Counted from the first letter of the stretch, positions 17,001 through 27,499 are shown. The stretch: 64,000 nucleotides of DNA from an uncultured Hyphomicrobiales bacterium (GCA_964513465.1 CAZEMR010000001.1:377-64376), one strand, 5' to 3'. A program made the numbers and translations. Notes: a model not told the origin generated them from the letters alone.

Positions 17001-18707
17001 CTATCTGACGATCTGCAGCGGAACGCTTGCCGATTGCGACGGAGTCTGCAATCTGAGATAATAAAGGCCGATAGGAATACCTCCCACAGCTAGCTGCAGA
17101 GATTGCCTGCCCGGACTTATATTCTCCGAATAGGGTTCGAGTATGATTTCGCCGTAAATATTATATATATATATGGAATGCAATCCCTCTTCGATTGCAT
17201 TGAATTCGATTGTGATCGCGTCCGAGGCCGGATTGGGGGTTACGCTGACCGCCAGCGCGCCTGTGTCCTCGAATAGTCGCTCCGACGGTTCGCGGCATAA
17301 ATTCGTTATGCAGAACTTACCAGTATTCGCGCGAACTTCAGGCTCTGCGCATTCAAAGCCCATGCTGTCCAGCGCAATCTCCGTGCATTCGGCATTGCCG
17401 AGCGTTGCTATGAACGGCACCTCGAATGCTGCCGGGTCGTTAGTATTACCGGATATATATATAATCTGGTCATTGCCCTCAACTTTGCCATTAAAGCGCT
17501 CTTTAGGCACGAGCATTGTCTTATTGAAGCGGATCGCAGCGGTGAAATCCTCGCCCGGGCATATCTCAGAATTATTCCTTGTGGCAATATGAATCGGCAG
17601 TCTTACTACTTCACCGGTGCGGGCGCTCATGTCGCCGATTACAACCTCCGTATCGGTATTTTTATATTCGAAAGAAATCGTCGATGAATTAACGCATCCG
17701 GCTGCGTCCATAATGCGAACGGAATAATCGCCTGCGCGGTCGATAGTTATCTCGCGGCTTGTCTCGTTGGTAGACCAGAAATAAGTATATCCCTCCGGCG
17801 CCGCCAGATTGACCTCTTCGCAGGGGCATATGGGCGATTCTTTGCTGCTTTGAATCACAAAATCCGGCGGGTACATTATATTCACTCGGACGCTGTCGCG
17901 GATTACGCAGCCGATGCTGTCTGTGATTTCCACATAATAAGTCCGGGTGCTGTCCGCGAATACTTCGGTTTCGTCGGCAAAGGGGGCCTCCACGCCCGTT
18001 TTCGGGAACCATTCATATTTATACGGCGGGAATCCCCCGACCGGCTGGCAGCTAAGCATCACAGTGCCGCCGCGACAAATAGTTCGGTCGGGACTGGTAA
18101 TCATCTCCAGATTGCAGACAGGGCGGAGTTCAATGTCGTCGAGAGCAAAGTCGTTGCCTCGATTAACGCCTGTCTTCAGGTCATAGATTTTAAAAGTAAA
18201 GCTCGACTGATCGTCGGAATTAATTGTTGTGCGGAATTCCGTCCAGTCGCATTGCGAACTTGTCAGATTGATCGGCTGAAAGCTGGTGCTGTCGTCATTT
18301 ATTACCACTTTTAATATTGCGGGTTCTTCGAAAAATGTACTCATAGCAAAAAACGAAAAGATATATTCAGTGTTGGGTACAAGATTATCAACCGTCTGGC
18401 TCCATGCGAGATAGACTGCGCGGTCATAGCCGTTTACGATCATCATATAGCCATCGTTTCCGGTATGGTCGGAGCATGAATCCATCAATGGATGCAGCTC
18501 GCGGGGGTTCTGCTTGATTGTAAAATATCCCGGGCTTGCGAAATTGGAAGCAGACTGAGTATAAAAATACTGGGTTTCGAATCCGGAGTCGAACTGATCG
18601 AAATCGCCATTGATGATGATGCTGGAGCCGAGATTTTCCTGGGCGAATAACGACGCTCCGGCAATCGTCAATACCAACGCTGAGCAAAGTATCCGGAATA
18701 ATGTCAT
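17001..18707 (-). CDS. secreted protein with T9SS type-A C-terminal sorting domain
   Basis: 568 aa; signal peptide LVLTIAGASLFAQ, Cys-containing Ig-like repeats, C-terminal VTPNPASDAITIEF...GLYYLRLQT...PLQIVR. Confidence 0.7.
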   Translation of the reverse strand: MTLFRILCSALVLTIAGASLFAQENLGSSIIINGDFDQFDSGFETQYFYTQSASNFASPGYFTIKQNPRELHPLMDSCSDHTGNDGYMMIVNGYDRAVYLAWSQTVDNLVPNTEYIFSFFAMSTFFEEPAILKVVINDDSTSFQPINLTSSQCDWTEFRTTINSDDQSSFTFKIYDLKTGVNRGNDFALDDIELRPVCNLEMITSPDRTICRGGTVMLSCQPVGGFPPYKYEWFPKTGVEAPFADETEVFADSTRTYYVEITDSIGCVIRDSVRVNIMYPPDFVIQSSKESPICPCEEVNLAAPEGYTYFWSTNETSREITIDRAGDYSVRIMDAAGCVNSSTISFEYKNTDTEVVIGDMSARTGEVVRLPIHIATRNNSEICPGEDFTAAIRFNKTMLVPKERFNGKVEGNDQIIYISGNTNDPAAFEVPFIATLGNAECTEIALDSMGFECAEPEVRANTGKFCITNLCREPSERLFEDTGALAVSVTPNPASDAITIEFNAIEEGLHSIYIYNIYGEIILEPYSENISPGRQSLQLAVGGIPIGLYYLRLQTPSQSASVPLQIVR

Positions 18708-18997
18708 AAAGTCGGAACCAATTAATGAGAGAATATAAAAATTAAACTATGCAAAATTTGGTAAATTGCCTAATTGAATTATCAGATTTATATAAGCAAA
18801 TATTAACAAAAAGAAAAACATTTACCATTTTTTATACATTTTTTTTGATAGAATAATTCTTAAAAGTATATTTGTTATAATACTAAAATTGAAATTGGCC
18901 TCGTCAACTATAATTATCAAGGGCCCCGATGCAAATCCGACACCAAAATACCATATATACCACCAACTTTTTTATTCATATTTATCAGGAATGAGTT

Positions 18998-19972
18998 ATG
19001 AGCGTTCTCGTTAACAAAAAGACCAGGTTGATTGTGCAGGGCATTACCGGCTCTGAGGGTACATTTCATACCGCACAGATGCTTGAATACGGCACCCAAG
19101 TTGTCGGAGGAGTTACCCCCGGCAAAGGCGGCATGGAATATGAAGGCGCCGGCGAAGCCAAATTCGGAGTACCTGTGCCGATATTTAATACAGTCCGCGA
19201 AGCAGCCCGCGAAACCAAAGCAAACGCGAGCGTGATATTTGTGCCGCCGCCCTTCGCAGCAGACGCCATACTCGAAGCTATCGATGCCGAAATAGAGCTG
19301 ATTGTATGTATCACCGAAGGCATCCCCACCCGCGATATGGTCAAAGTAAACGCCGCGCTGCAGGATTCGAAATCGCGCCTGGTCGGGCCGAACTGCCCCG
19401 GCGTGATCTCGCCAGGCGAAGCCAAAATCGGCATTATGCCCGGCTTTATTCATAAAAAGGGCAAAGTCGGCGTGGTCTCCCGCAGCGGCACGCTAACCTA
19501 CGAAGCAGTCAAGCAGCTAACTGACAACAAGCTCGGCCAGAGCACCTGCATCGGCATCGGCGGCGACCCGATCATCGGCACCCAGTTTATCGATGCGATT
19601 AAATTATTCAACGAAGACCCCAAAACCGAAGGCATTCTCATGATTGGCGAAATAGGCGGCAATGCCGAAGAAAACGCCGCTGAATACATCAAAGCCAATG
19701 TCAAAAAGCCGGTCGTCGGATTCATCGCAGGCCGCACTGCGCCTCCCGGCCGCCGCATGGGCCACGCCGGTGCGATAATCTCGGGCGGCAAAGGCACCGC
19801 CGAGGACAAAATCAAAGCGCTCAAATCAGCAGGGATTATCATAGCGGAATCGCCTGCGGATATCGGCGCGCGCATGAAGGAAGCCATGGACAAATTGCCT
19901 AAAGCAAGTCCGGCAAAACGCACCGCAACAAAAAAGACTGCGGCAAAAAAAAACGCACCCAGAAAGAAGTGA
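18998..19972 (+). CDS. sucD: succinate--CoA ligase subunit alpha with a lysine-rich C-terminal extension
   Basis: 324 aa; [23 protein letters not shown], catalytic-His region [15 protein letters not shown]; about 30 extra residues [23 protein letters not shown]. Confidence 0.9.
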   Translation: MSVLVNKKTRLIVQGITGSEGTFHTAQMLEYGTQVVGGVTPGKGGMEYEGAGEAKFGVPVPIFNTVREAARETKANASVIFVPPPFAADAILEAIDAEIELIVCITEGIPTRDMVKVNAALQDSKSRLVGPNCPGVISPGEAKIGIMPGFIHKKGKVGVVSRSGTLTYEAVKQLTDNKLGQSTCIGIGGDPIIGTQFIDAIKLFNEDPKTEGILMIGEIGGNAEENAAEYIKANVKKPVVGFIAGRTAPPGRRMGHAGAIISGGKGTAEDKIKALKSAGIIIAESPADIGARMKEAMDKLPKASPAKRTATKKTAAKKNAPRKK

Positions 19973-20104
19973 TTGAATTATAATACACTTGCATTTATTT
20001 TGAGTATTTATTTAGTTCTTTTTTCGAAAATGTTGAATTTTTTCTGAGACCTTTTTCCATTTTTTGAGTCATTGTAGTTAGTAGAATTCACATTGAGGAA
20101 TCGG

Positions 20105-20533
20105 ATGGGCAACAGAACACTGGCGATGATCAAGCCTCGTGCATTCGAGCGTAATCTGACCGGAGGTATTATCTCCAAAATAACAGAGGCCGGGTTTCGT
20201 ATTATTGCTATGAAAATGGTAAAGCTTAAACCGGCCGAAGCCGGGGAGTTTTATGCCGTGCACAAAGGGCGGCCATTCTACGAAGATCTGGTCGGGTTTA
20301 TGTCGAGCGGCCCTATTGTAGCGCTTGCGCTCGAAAAAGAAAACGCAATTGCTGATTTCCGGCAATTAATCGGTGCGACCGATCCGGCCGAGGCCGCTGT
20401 GGGCACGATTCGCCGCGAATTTGCCGAATCGAAGACCAAAAATGCCGTGCACGGATCGGACTCCGATGAAAATGCCGAAATAGAGATCGGCTTCTTTTTC
20501 AGCAAGCGGGAAATAATATCAAACAGGACCTGA
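20105..20533 (+). CDS. ndk: nucleoside-diphosphate kinase
   Basis: 142 aa from ATG 20105 (GAGGA 5 nt upstream; the track start at 20093 is TTG); [17 protein letters not shown], active site NAVHGSDS. Confidence 0.9.
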   Translation: MGNRTLAMIKPRAFERNLTGGIISKITEAGFRIIAMKMVKLKPAEAGEFYAVHKGRPFYEDLVGFMSSGPIVALALEKENAIADFRQLIGATDPAEAAVGTIRREFAESKTKNAVHGSDSDENAEIEIGFFFSKREIISNRT

Positions 20534-20539
20534 GCGTCG

Positions 20540-21079
20540 GTGCTAAAACGACTGAAGAGAATATCGGGCCGATTGCGTAGCGAAAATCCATACTGGAGGT
20601 ATAATATCGACGAATATGAGCTTCCGGGCGGATCGATCGGCGAATACCACTGGGTGGAAACACCTGGCTCGGTGTTTGTAATACCTGTTACCGACGATGG
20701 CAGATTCGTGATGACGCGCCAGTTCCGCTATCTGAATCAGCGCGAAAGTCTTGAGTTTCCCGGCGGTGGAGTTGATCCGAGTCTGGGATATGAAAAAAGC
20801 GCAATTCGCGAGCTAAGGCAAGAGTCTGGCTTTGATTGCGACTCGCTCGAGATAATCGGTGAGTTCAATCCATTCAACGGCGTCACCAGCGAAATCTGCC
20901 GGGTATATCTGGCGAGCGGACTGACCGGAGTTGAAGTCACAGCCGACGAATCCGAAGAATTCGAAATAATGGAATTAAGCAATCAGGAAATTTTTGACAA
21001 AATCAATAAAGGAGAACTATGGGACGGAATGACACTTGCAGCATGGGCTTTATATACAGCAAAGCTGCCGCAGGACTAA
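20540..21079 (+). CDS. NUDIX hydrolase (ADP-ribose pyrophosphatase-like)
   Basis: 179 aa, GTG start; Nudix box GGGVDPSLGYEKSAIRELRQESG. Confidence 0.75.
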   Translation: MLKRLKRISGRLRSENPYWRYNIDEYELPGGSIGEYHWVETPGSVFVIPVTDDGRFVMTRQFRYLNQRESLEFPGGGVDPSLGYEKSAIRELRQESGFDCDSLEIIGEFNPFNGVTSEICRVYLASGLTGVEVTADESEEFEIMELSNQEIFDKINKGELWDGMTLAAWALYTAKLPQD

Positions 21080-22053
21080 AATCCGCTGCGGGAGTTATCG
21101 TAGCTGCATTAATACTGGCAATATTTGCCACACCTCTCTACGGTCAGGCGGCAGCAGATCAGGAAAAGACCAAAAAACCGCCCATGCGCATAAGGTCCAC
21201 CTTTGTGCCGGGATATGCGTATCATTATAAGTTTACCGAAACCGCAGAAATCGTGCGCACATACGAAGACGGATCGAAAGTCAGCTACGAGCGGGATCGC
21301 ACATTCTTCATGACTTTCGAGCAGCGCCCCGAAGACCGCAACGGATTCTTCCGCTACGAAGTTTCAGTCGACTCGATGCTCTACCGCTTCCGCGAAGGCG
21401 ATGCGGAAGTCGTTTATGATTCTCAGGCCGACGAAGTGCCGGCATCATCTTTCAACGACCTTATCGCATACTGGGTGCCTCAGGGCAGAATCTTCTCGAT
21501 GGTGTATTCGCCATACCGCGAGGTTGCCGAAGTAGACGGCGAAATGATCACATGGGTGATAGACTACGTTACCGCCGGCGAAACCCGACTTAGCGATACC
21601 CTGATGCGCTATATGTGGGTAAAAGGAGTATCCCGCTCGCATCTGGCGCACTTCGCAGATATGGAAAAGAGTGCCATCCCAGTCGGCACAGTGATCGAAG
21701 ACAGCACCTGGTCGGGCAAGTTCGAAGCCGAAATAAGCGGAGTTGATTTTCGTGGCAAAATCAACACGAAGATCAGCGACTATCGCGGCGGGCATTTTAT
21801 GCTCGAATCCGAAATGCCCGCACTCGAACCCGTCAAAGAACAAATACGTATATATGGAGTCGAGGATTTTGTCGACGTTACCGGCGGCAATGCCAGTGGG
21901 ACCATGAAGATTGATATCAATCCCCAAAGCACTATAACCGAAGCGGAATCGGATATTGATGCGGAGGTTAATTACAAATACCGCCGTACGCAATTCACCG
22001 AAAAAATCAAAATGAAGTCCGAATGGAAATACCTGAATTCATATAAAATCTAA
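21043..22053 (+). CDS. hypothetical exported protein
   Basis: 336 aa from ATG 21043; signal peptide VIVAALILAIFATPLYGQA; overlaps the NUDIX gene by 37 nt; no family recognised. Confidence 0.6.
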   Translation: MGFIYSKAAAGLKSAAGVIVAALILAIFATPLYGQAAADQEKTKKPPMRIRSTFVPGYAYHYKFTETAEIVRTYEDGSKVSYERDRTFFMTFEQRPEDRNGFFRYEVSVDSMLYRFREGDAEVVYDSQADEVPASSFNDLIAYWVPQGRIFSMVYSPYREVAEVDGEMITWVIDYVTAGETRLSDTLMRYMWVKGVSRSHLAHFADMEKSAIPVGTVIEDSTWSGKFEAEISGVDFRGKINTKISDYRGGHFMLESEMPALEPVKEQIRIYGVEDFVDVTGGNASGTMKIDINPQSTITEAESDIDAEVNYKYRRTQFTEKIKMKSEWKYLNSYKI

Positions 22054-22071
22054 GAAAATTTAAAAATAATT

Positions 22072-22125
22072 ATCCCGAATTTTTAATAATTTTTATGAAA
22101 TTATTTTAATTTCGGGATTTTTTTA
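22072..22125 (+). terminator. rho-independent terminator (long AT-rich hairpin plus T-tract)
   Basis: 21-nt arms ATCCCGAATTTTTAATAATTT / AAATTATTTTAATTTCGGGAT (3 mismatches), loop TTATG, then TTTTTTATT. Confidence 0.7.
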
Positions 22126-22276
22126 TTAAATTATATATAATCATAGGGGGGCATAACCTGCCCGTGAATTTTTGCAGCATAATTTCTTATATTAAATATC
22201 GATTCAATCCAAAAACGGTATTACCAAATCAGTAACACCGGCAATTCATTATTTTATAAATATATAGTGTGGGCAG

Positions 22277-24544
22277 ATGGGCAGCCGAAAATTTGATCTC
22301 AAAAAAGTACTTACTCCCGGCGATTTCGTGGCCGCGGCAGTGATTATAATCGGACTATTAATAGCGATATTTCTGACCGAGCTCGCAATCCGGCTTATTG
22401 GTCTGAGTATAGCCATTCTTGGCGGGGTTGCGCTGTTTATGCTGATCTCTCAGCGATTGTCCGAAATTGTTGATACCAGATACAAACCCGGAGCGCCTGC
22501 GCCGGATTATAAAATCACCATTCGCAAAGACGAGGCCGCACGCCGCCAGGTGATCGAGGATTTCGATACATCATTTCCCGCGGAAGAATCCGACGAAAAG
22601 AAACAAACCGCATTCGAGGCATACGAGTCTTCGATCCGCGGCGAAGAGGGATTCCGGATAATCACATCAAAAAGCAAATTTCGTCAGAAACCCCTGGAAG
22701 ATACTTCGGAAGTTGATAAGCCCGCAGAACCCGAACCGCCCATTGAAAAGCCTGCCTCCGTAGTCGGCGAGAAGCCTGCGCCACAGCCCGATGAAAAAAA
22801 GACCCGCGCACCCGAAAAGCCCGCGCCTGCTCCGAAAAAAACTGAACCCGAGCCGAATCAAACACATCGGGAACCGGATACGATAGAAAAAGACATCGAG
22901 GAAATCGAGCAAAAACTGGCCGGGAAAAACGCATCCGAAAAGCCTCAGCCGACGTCTGAAAAACCTGAACCCCAGGCCGCAGAAAAGCCCGCAGCTGACG
23001 AAAAACCTGCAAATTTTGTCAAAAAGCATGTCGATGTGCCGCTCAGCACTCTTTATGCCGATCTGCCCATACGCGGCGCAGAACCCCGCAAGGAATTCGA
23101 ATATTCGCTGGCGCGCATTCTGATGGTAATCCGCCAGGTATCGCATACCCGTACGGCGGCATTTATGCTGATAAATCACGAGAAGAATGAAATAATGCTC
23201 GAGTCCTTCGTGTCCGAAAAGCAGGATGCGATTATCAAAAATCCAAAATTCCCGATACGCAATGACATCATAAGCCAGATTGCCAACAACGCCAAACCCG
23301 AGATTCTGACCGAGATAAATCCATCGGCCGAGCTTGATTTGCTGCCATATTACACCGATACGGTCGGTACTTCGTCGTTCATCGGGATGCCCGTGGTTTA
23401 CCAGGAATCCGTGGTTGGCATACTCTGCGCCGATTCGAAGGAAACTAATGCATATGATTCATTCACCGTCGGATTCATGGGCCATTTCTCAAAGCTGATT
23501 TCGACTATGATCCAGAGCTATACCGAGAAATACGACCTTTTGCAGGCCTCGCGCACTCTGGAGGCAATCACATTATTCGAAACAATTGTCTTCAACGAAT
23601 CAATGACCGGCGACGACATCCTCGAATCGCTCATCGAATCTGTCAATAAAATTCTTGATTATGACACATGCAGAATCTGCGCATATGACGAAGAGAACGG
23701 CGGCTGGATTATTAAAGCTCTGCATTCGAAAACCGGCGAAGGCGAGTCTATCAGTGGCAGCCCGATCGACCTCGAAAACACTCTCGCAGGCGAATCGATT
23801 ATTACAAATAAAACAGTCGTATCCCGGCCCGTCGAACCAGAACGCGTTCGCACTCATCCGCGCGAGGTCGAACTGCCGGACGGCTTCTTCGTATCTGCAC
23901 CGATGAAGACCGCAAGCTGCACATATGGCTCAATATATATAGAGGGGATTAATGCTGCGAGCATCAGCAGCTATGATATCGGCATACTCGAAGTGCTCGC
24001 CGAGCATGCGGCATCAAATATCGAGAAGCTGCAGTTCATGAATATGCTGCACACCTCGGCGCTAATTGACGCTACCACGGGTATTCTCAATCCGCCTGCT
24101 TTCTACCGCAGACTCGAGGAAGAGGTAATCCGCACGGGCGATTTCAGCGTGCCGATGTCGCTCTGCCTGCTGCAGATCGATAAATACGCATCGCTCGATC
24201 CTGAGCAATTCCGCGGCCGCACCGAGAAGGCGCTCTATCATGTGCTCAATTTAGCGCACGGAAATCTGCGGCTTTATGACGTATTCGGCCGCGCCGACAA
24301 CAATACTTTCGGAATAGCGCTCGTCGGTATGGATATAGACCAGGCAAAAATGTGGGCCGAACGCCTTCGCAACGAGATTGCAATATCGCAGCTCGAAATG
24401 GAAGGTCGCAAATTTTCCGTCACTGTCAGCATTGGAGTGGCTGACACCAGCCGCGCCGGAAATATCGACATGATAGTGACAAATGCCCGGAAAATGCTTG
24501 ACAAATCGCTCGATAAGACTAATTCCGTCAGCGTTTTCACTTAA
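22277..24544 (+). CDS. membrane-anchored GAF-GAF protein with a degenerate GGDEF domain
   Basis: 755 aa; two N-terminal TM helices, about 100 aa E/K/P-rich linker, two GAF-like blocks (ends FIGMPVVYQESVVGILCAD and FFVSAPMKTASCTYGSIYIEG). GGDEF fold DATTGILNPPAF...LLQIDKY...RLYDVFGRADNNTFGIALVG, where DNNTF replaces GGDEF. Confidence 0.75.
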   Translation: MGSRKFDLKKVLTPGDFVAAAVIIIGLLIAIFLTELAIRLIGLSIAILGGVALFMLISQRLSEIVDTRYKPGAPAPDYKITIRKDEAARRQVIEDFDTSFPAEESDEKKQTAFEAYESSIRGEEGFRIITSKSKFRQKPLEDTSEVDKPAEPEPPIEKPASVVGEKPAPQPDEKKTRAPEKPAPAPKKTEPEPNQTHREPDTIEKDIEEIEQKLAGKNASEKPQPTSEKPEPQAAEKPAADEKPANFVKKHVDVPLSTLYADLPIRGAEPRKEFEYSLARILMVIRQVSHTRTAAFMLINHEKNEIMLESFVSEKQDAIIKNPKFPIRNDIISQIANNAKPEILTEINPSAELDLLPYYTDTVGTSSFIGMPVVYQESVVGILCADSKETNAYDSFTVGFMGHFSKLISTMIQSYTEKYDLLQASRTLEAITLFETIVFNESMTGDDILESLIESVNKILDYDTCRICAYDEENGGWIIKALHSKTGEGESISGSPIDLENTLAGESIITNKTVVSRPVEPERVRTHPREVELPDGFFVSAPMKTASCTYGSIYIEGINAASISSYDIGILEVLAEHAASNIEKLQFMNMLHTSALIDATTGILNPPAFYRRLEEEVIRTGDFSVPMSLCLLQIDKYASLDPEQFRGRTEKALYHVLNLAHGNLRLYDVFGRADNNTFGIALVGMDIDQAKMWAERLRNEIAISQLEMEGRKFSVTVSIGVADTSRAGNIDMIVTNARKMLDKSLDKTNSVSVFT

Positions 24545-24679
24545 TTTTCCATTATTTATTAGTTTTCATATATTTATATTTAATGCCGCAATGAAACCGG
24601 GTAAATATATTTATTCCGGATTCCTGCGGAATTACCTTGTTTTCAGGCATACCAATGTTGAATTAATTCTAAAAGCAAA

Positions 24680-26827
24680 ATGAACCGAGTAAAAAAAGAA
24701 AAACTTACCGAACAACTTCTCGAAATGTTCAGGTTATACGACCGACCGCTTAAACTTAACGAGATTTCCAAAAAATTAAATATCACCGCCGATAGTAAAG
24801 ATTATGAAAATCTTAAACAATTGCTTGTAAGTCTCGCAGAAGACAATATAATCAATAAGCTTTCGCGCCGCAGATATAACCTGCACGATGGCGAACACAC
24901 CACCACATACAAAGGCCGCCTCGAAATCCGCAACGAACGCGGCATAATCGAAATGAAGGGCGAGGATTTCGACCAGGTGATAATCAAACCCCGCCATCTG
25001 AGCACTGCTCTCGAAGGCGATCTCGTGCTGTTCCGCCTGCTCGCAACCCGTCCCGGCAAAAAGCCTCGAGGAGAAGTAATAGAGGTAATCGAGCGCAACC
25101 AGCCGCGCTTTGTAGGAACAATCGATTATGACGGACATTTTTATTTTCTGATCCCCGATGAGGAGAAATTCTTCATCGATTTTCTCATCCCCAACGGCAT
25201 GCTCAAGGGCGCTAAAGAGGGCGACAAAGTAGCCGCCGAATTCTATTACTGGGACGATCAGCACAAAAGCCCCAAGGCAAAAGTCGTCGAAGTGCTTGGC
25301 CGCTCGGGCGATCCCGAAGCGGAATTCGACTCGATCGTAAAGGAATTCGATCTGATGGAGGATTTCCCGGAGGAAGTTATTGCCGAAACAAAAAAATTGA
25401 AAGCACCCATGGGCAAAGTTCCCGCGGGAAGAATGGACCTTCGGGAGGAGACTATTGTCACAATCGATCCGCCGGATGCGCGCGATTTCGACGACGGATT
25501 GTCGCTGAAAATTCTGGACAATGGCAATTACTATCTCGGAGTTCATATTGCCGATGTGAGTCATTATGTTACCGAAAATTCCGCTCTCGATATCGAGGCA
25601 CGGTCGCGCAGCACCAGCACCTATCTCGTAGATCGAGTGGTACCCATGCTCCCGGAAAAACTCTCCAACGATATTTGCTCGCTGCGCCCCGACGAAGACC
25701 GCAACGCATTCTCCGTATTTATGGAATTTTCCAATCGCGGAGCCCTCAAAAATTATAAAATCACCGAAAGCGTGATCCGAAGCAAACGGAGATTCTCTTA
25801 CGACGAAGTCCTCGAAATAATCAACGGCGAATCGGGCGAACATGAGCAGCTCGTAAAAAATCTTGATAAAGTAGCCCGAATTCTGAGAAAAAAACGCTTT
25901 CAGAAGGGCGGGATAGATTTCGAAACCGACGAGCTAAAGTTCCGGCTCGATGAGGATAAATACCCCATAGAGGTATATCTCAAAAAACCGAATTTTGCAA
26001 CCCAGCTTGTCGAGGAATGCATGCTGGCTGCCAATCAGACCGTGGCCGGCCATATCAAAAATCTGGAGCGAAAAATGAAGCCACGCCTCAGACTGCCATT
26101 TTTATACCGCGTGCACGACGAACCAGATCCGGGCCAGCTCAAAGAAGTGCTTTCGTTTATTGCTACATTCGGCCCGCGGCTGAATCAGAAGGAAGCCAAT
26201 TCTAAAAACCTCAACGATCTGCTGCATATGATCCGGGGAAGCGAGGAGGAAAGCGTCGTCAACCAGGTATTGATTCGCGCCATGGCCAAAGCGATATATC
26301 TGCATAAAAATGTCGGGCATTACGGCCTGGGATTCAAAGAATATACGCATTTTACATCGCCTATACGCCGCTATCCGGATTTAATTATCCACAGATTTCT
26401 TAAAGAATATGCAAAAGGAAAAGTTGATAAAAATCGTCTGGAATTTTTGAATCAGCTCGCTAAAGAAGTCGGTCAGACTTCCAGCGATATGGAGCGACGC
26501 GCGATGGAAGCCGAGCGCGCCTCAATCAAGCTCGCAAGCGCAATGATCGCCGACCAAAAAATCGGCGAGGAATACAACGGCACAATCACCGGGGTAACCA
26601 AATTCGGGCTATTTGTGCGTGTGGACAAAATCTACGTCGAAGGTCTGCTCCATATCCGTGATCTGCTGGACGATTATTATATCTATGACGAGAAGAATTT
26701 CCGGCTGACCGGCAAACGCAACAAAAAAGTATTCCGTATCGGCGGGCGTTTCCGCGTAAAAATAATTAATGTAAATATCGAAAAACGCCAGATTGACTTC
26801 TCGTTCGTTGGCGACGTAGAGGAATAA
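24680..26827 (+). CDS. rnr: ribonuclease R
   Basis: 715 aa; RNB catalytic region TIDPPDARDFDDGLS, HIADVSHYV, MLPEKLSNDICSLRP, HYGLGFKEYTHFTSPIRRYPDLIIHR; C-terminal S1 domain GTITGVTKFGLFVRV. Confidence 0.9.
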   Translation: MNRVKKEKLTEQLLEMFRLYDRPLKLNEISKKLNITADSKDYENLKQLLVSLAEDNIINKLSRRRYNLHDGEHTTTYKGRLEIRNERGIIEMKGEDFDQVIIKPRHLSTALEGDLVLFRLLATRPGKKPRGEVIEVIERNQPRFVGTIDYDGHFYFLIPDEEKFFIDFLIPNGMLKGAKEGDKVAAEFYYWDDQHKSPKAKVVEVLGRSGDPEAEFDSIVKEFDLMEDFPEEVIAETKKLKAPMGKVPAGRMDLREETIVTIDPPDARDFDDGLSLKILDNGNYYLGVHIADVSHYVTENSALDIEARSRSTSTYLVDRVVPMLPEKLSNDICSLRPDEDRNAFSVFMEFSNRGALKNYKITESVIRSKRRFSYDEVLEIINGESGEHEQLVKNLDKVARILRKKRFQKGGIDFETDELKFRLDEDKYPIEVYLKKPNFATQLVEECMLAANQTVAGHIKNLERKMKPRLRLPFLYRVHDEPDPGQLKEVLSFIATFGPRLNQKEANSKNLNDLLHMIRGSEEESVVNQVLIRAMAKAIYLHKNVGHYGLGFKEYTHFTSPIRRYPDLIIHRFLKEYAKGKVDKNRLEFLNQLAKEVGQTSSDMERRAMEAERASIKLASAMIADQKIGEEYNGTITGVTKFGLFVRVDKIYVEGLLHIRDLLDDYYIYDEKNFRLTGKRNKKVFRIGGRFRVKIINVNIEKRQIDFSFVGDVEE

Positions 26828-26830
26828 ACA

Positions 26831-27490
26831 ATGTTCACAGGATTAATCGAGGAAGTGGGCTATCTGGAATCGATCAGCCCAATCGGCGGCGGCCGAAGAC
26901 TAAAAATTCGCGCAAACAAAATTATCGGGGATGTCGCGATCGACGATTCGGTCGCGGTTTCCGGCGCATGCCAGACTGTGGTTGCTTATTCCGCGTCATC
27001 CATCGAGGTCGAAGCGGTCGAGGAAACACTTCGCAAAACCACGCTGGGCAAACTGCGGCCGGGTGCCCCGGTCAACCTCGAACGAGCTATGCGGCTCGGC
27101 GACCGCCTTGGCGGACACATGGTGCAGGGCCACGTCGATACCACCGGCGCAGTGCAGTCCATCGAACCCCAGCAGACCGGAATACTGATATGGATAGATT
27201 ACCCCGCGGAATTCCGTAAATGGGTCGTTCCGCAGGGTTCAATCACAATTGACGGCGTCAGCCTTACGGTTGCCCGCACCGAAGGCAGCCGGCTGATGGT
27301 ATCGATTATTCCACATACGTGGAAGATGACGACACTGGCAAAGCTGGCCAACGGAAGCAGGGTGAATCTGGAATTCGATATTCTGGGTAAATATATCGAG
27401 CGCATCACAACTGCCCGGCTTGCCGCAGAAAATGAAAAGCCCCGGGGAAATTCATCCCTGGAGCAATTCATTAATCAGCCTGATTATTAA
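26831..27490 (+). CDS. ribE: riboflavin synthase (alpha chain)
   Basis: 219 aa; MFTGLIEEVG start, duplicated lumazine-binding repeats (SVAVSGACQTV; SITIDGVSLTV), GGHMVQGHVD. Confidence 0.85.
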   Translation: MFTGLIEEVGYLESISPIGGGRRLKIRANKIIGDVAIDDSVAVSGACQTVVAYSASSIEVEAVEETLRKTTLGKLRPGAPVNLERAMRLGDRLGGHMVQGHVDTTGAVQSIEPQQTGILIWIDYPAEFRKWVVPQGSITIDGVSLTVARTEGSRLMVSIIPHTWKMTTLAKLANGSRVNLEFDILGKYIERITTARLAAENEKPRGNSSLEQFINQPDY

Positions 27491-27499
27491 ATATCTATA

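Noticed and set aside
17162-17174. A (TA)6 dinucleotide run inside the T9SS cargo gene, considered as a possible phase-variation tract.
   Set aside because: It is short and in frame (it encodes part of ...SIYIYNIY...). There is no evidence of length heterogeneity, and it is below the lengths usually associated with slipped-strand switching.
22650-23010. Imperfect tandem DNA repeats (GAAAAGCCNGC-like units), considered as a possible repeat array.
   Set aside because: They lie in frame inside the GGDEF-protein ORF and encode an EKP-rich linker. Unit lengths are irregular, so this is not a CRISPR or satellite structure.
24591-24683. A 30-codon upstream ORF (MKPGKYIYSGFLRNYLVFRHTNVELILKAK) whose stop overlaps the rnr start codon (ATGA), considered as a possible leader peptide.
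   Set aside because: It has no Shine-Dalgarno site and no recognisable attenuator structure apart from a weak 6-bp hairpin at 24613-24632. It cannot be distinguished from a chance ORF in AT-rich DNA.
24776-25843. Very long antisense ORFs opposite well-supported genes: 355 aa opposite rnr, 301 aa at 12674-13579 opposite trxB, 281 aa at 10532-11377 opposite the MBL gene, 248 aa at 32764-33510 opposite accD, and 218 aa at 3789-4445 opposite the deoxyhypusine-synthase-like gene.
   Set aside because: Their translations are low-complexity and motif-free, while the opposite strand encodes proteins with textbook motifs. Long shadow ORFs are expected from codon bias. There is no RBS or independent evidence for them.
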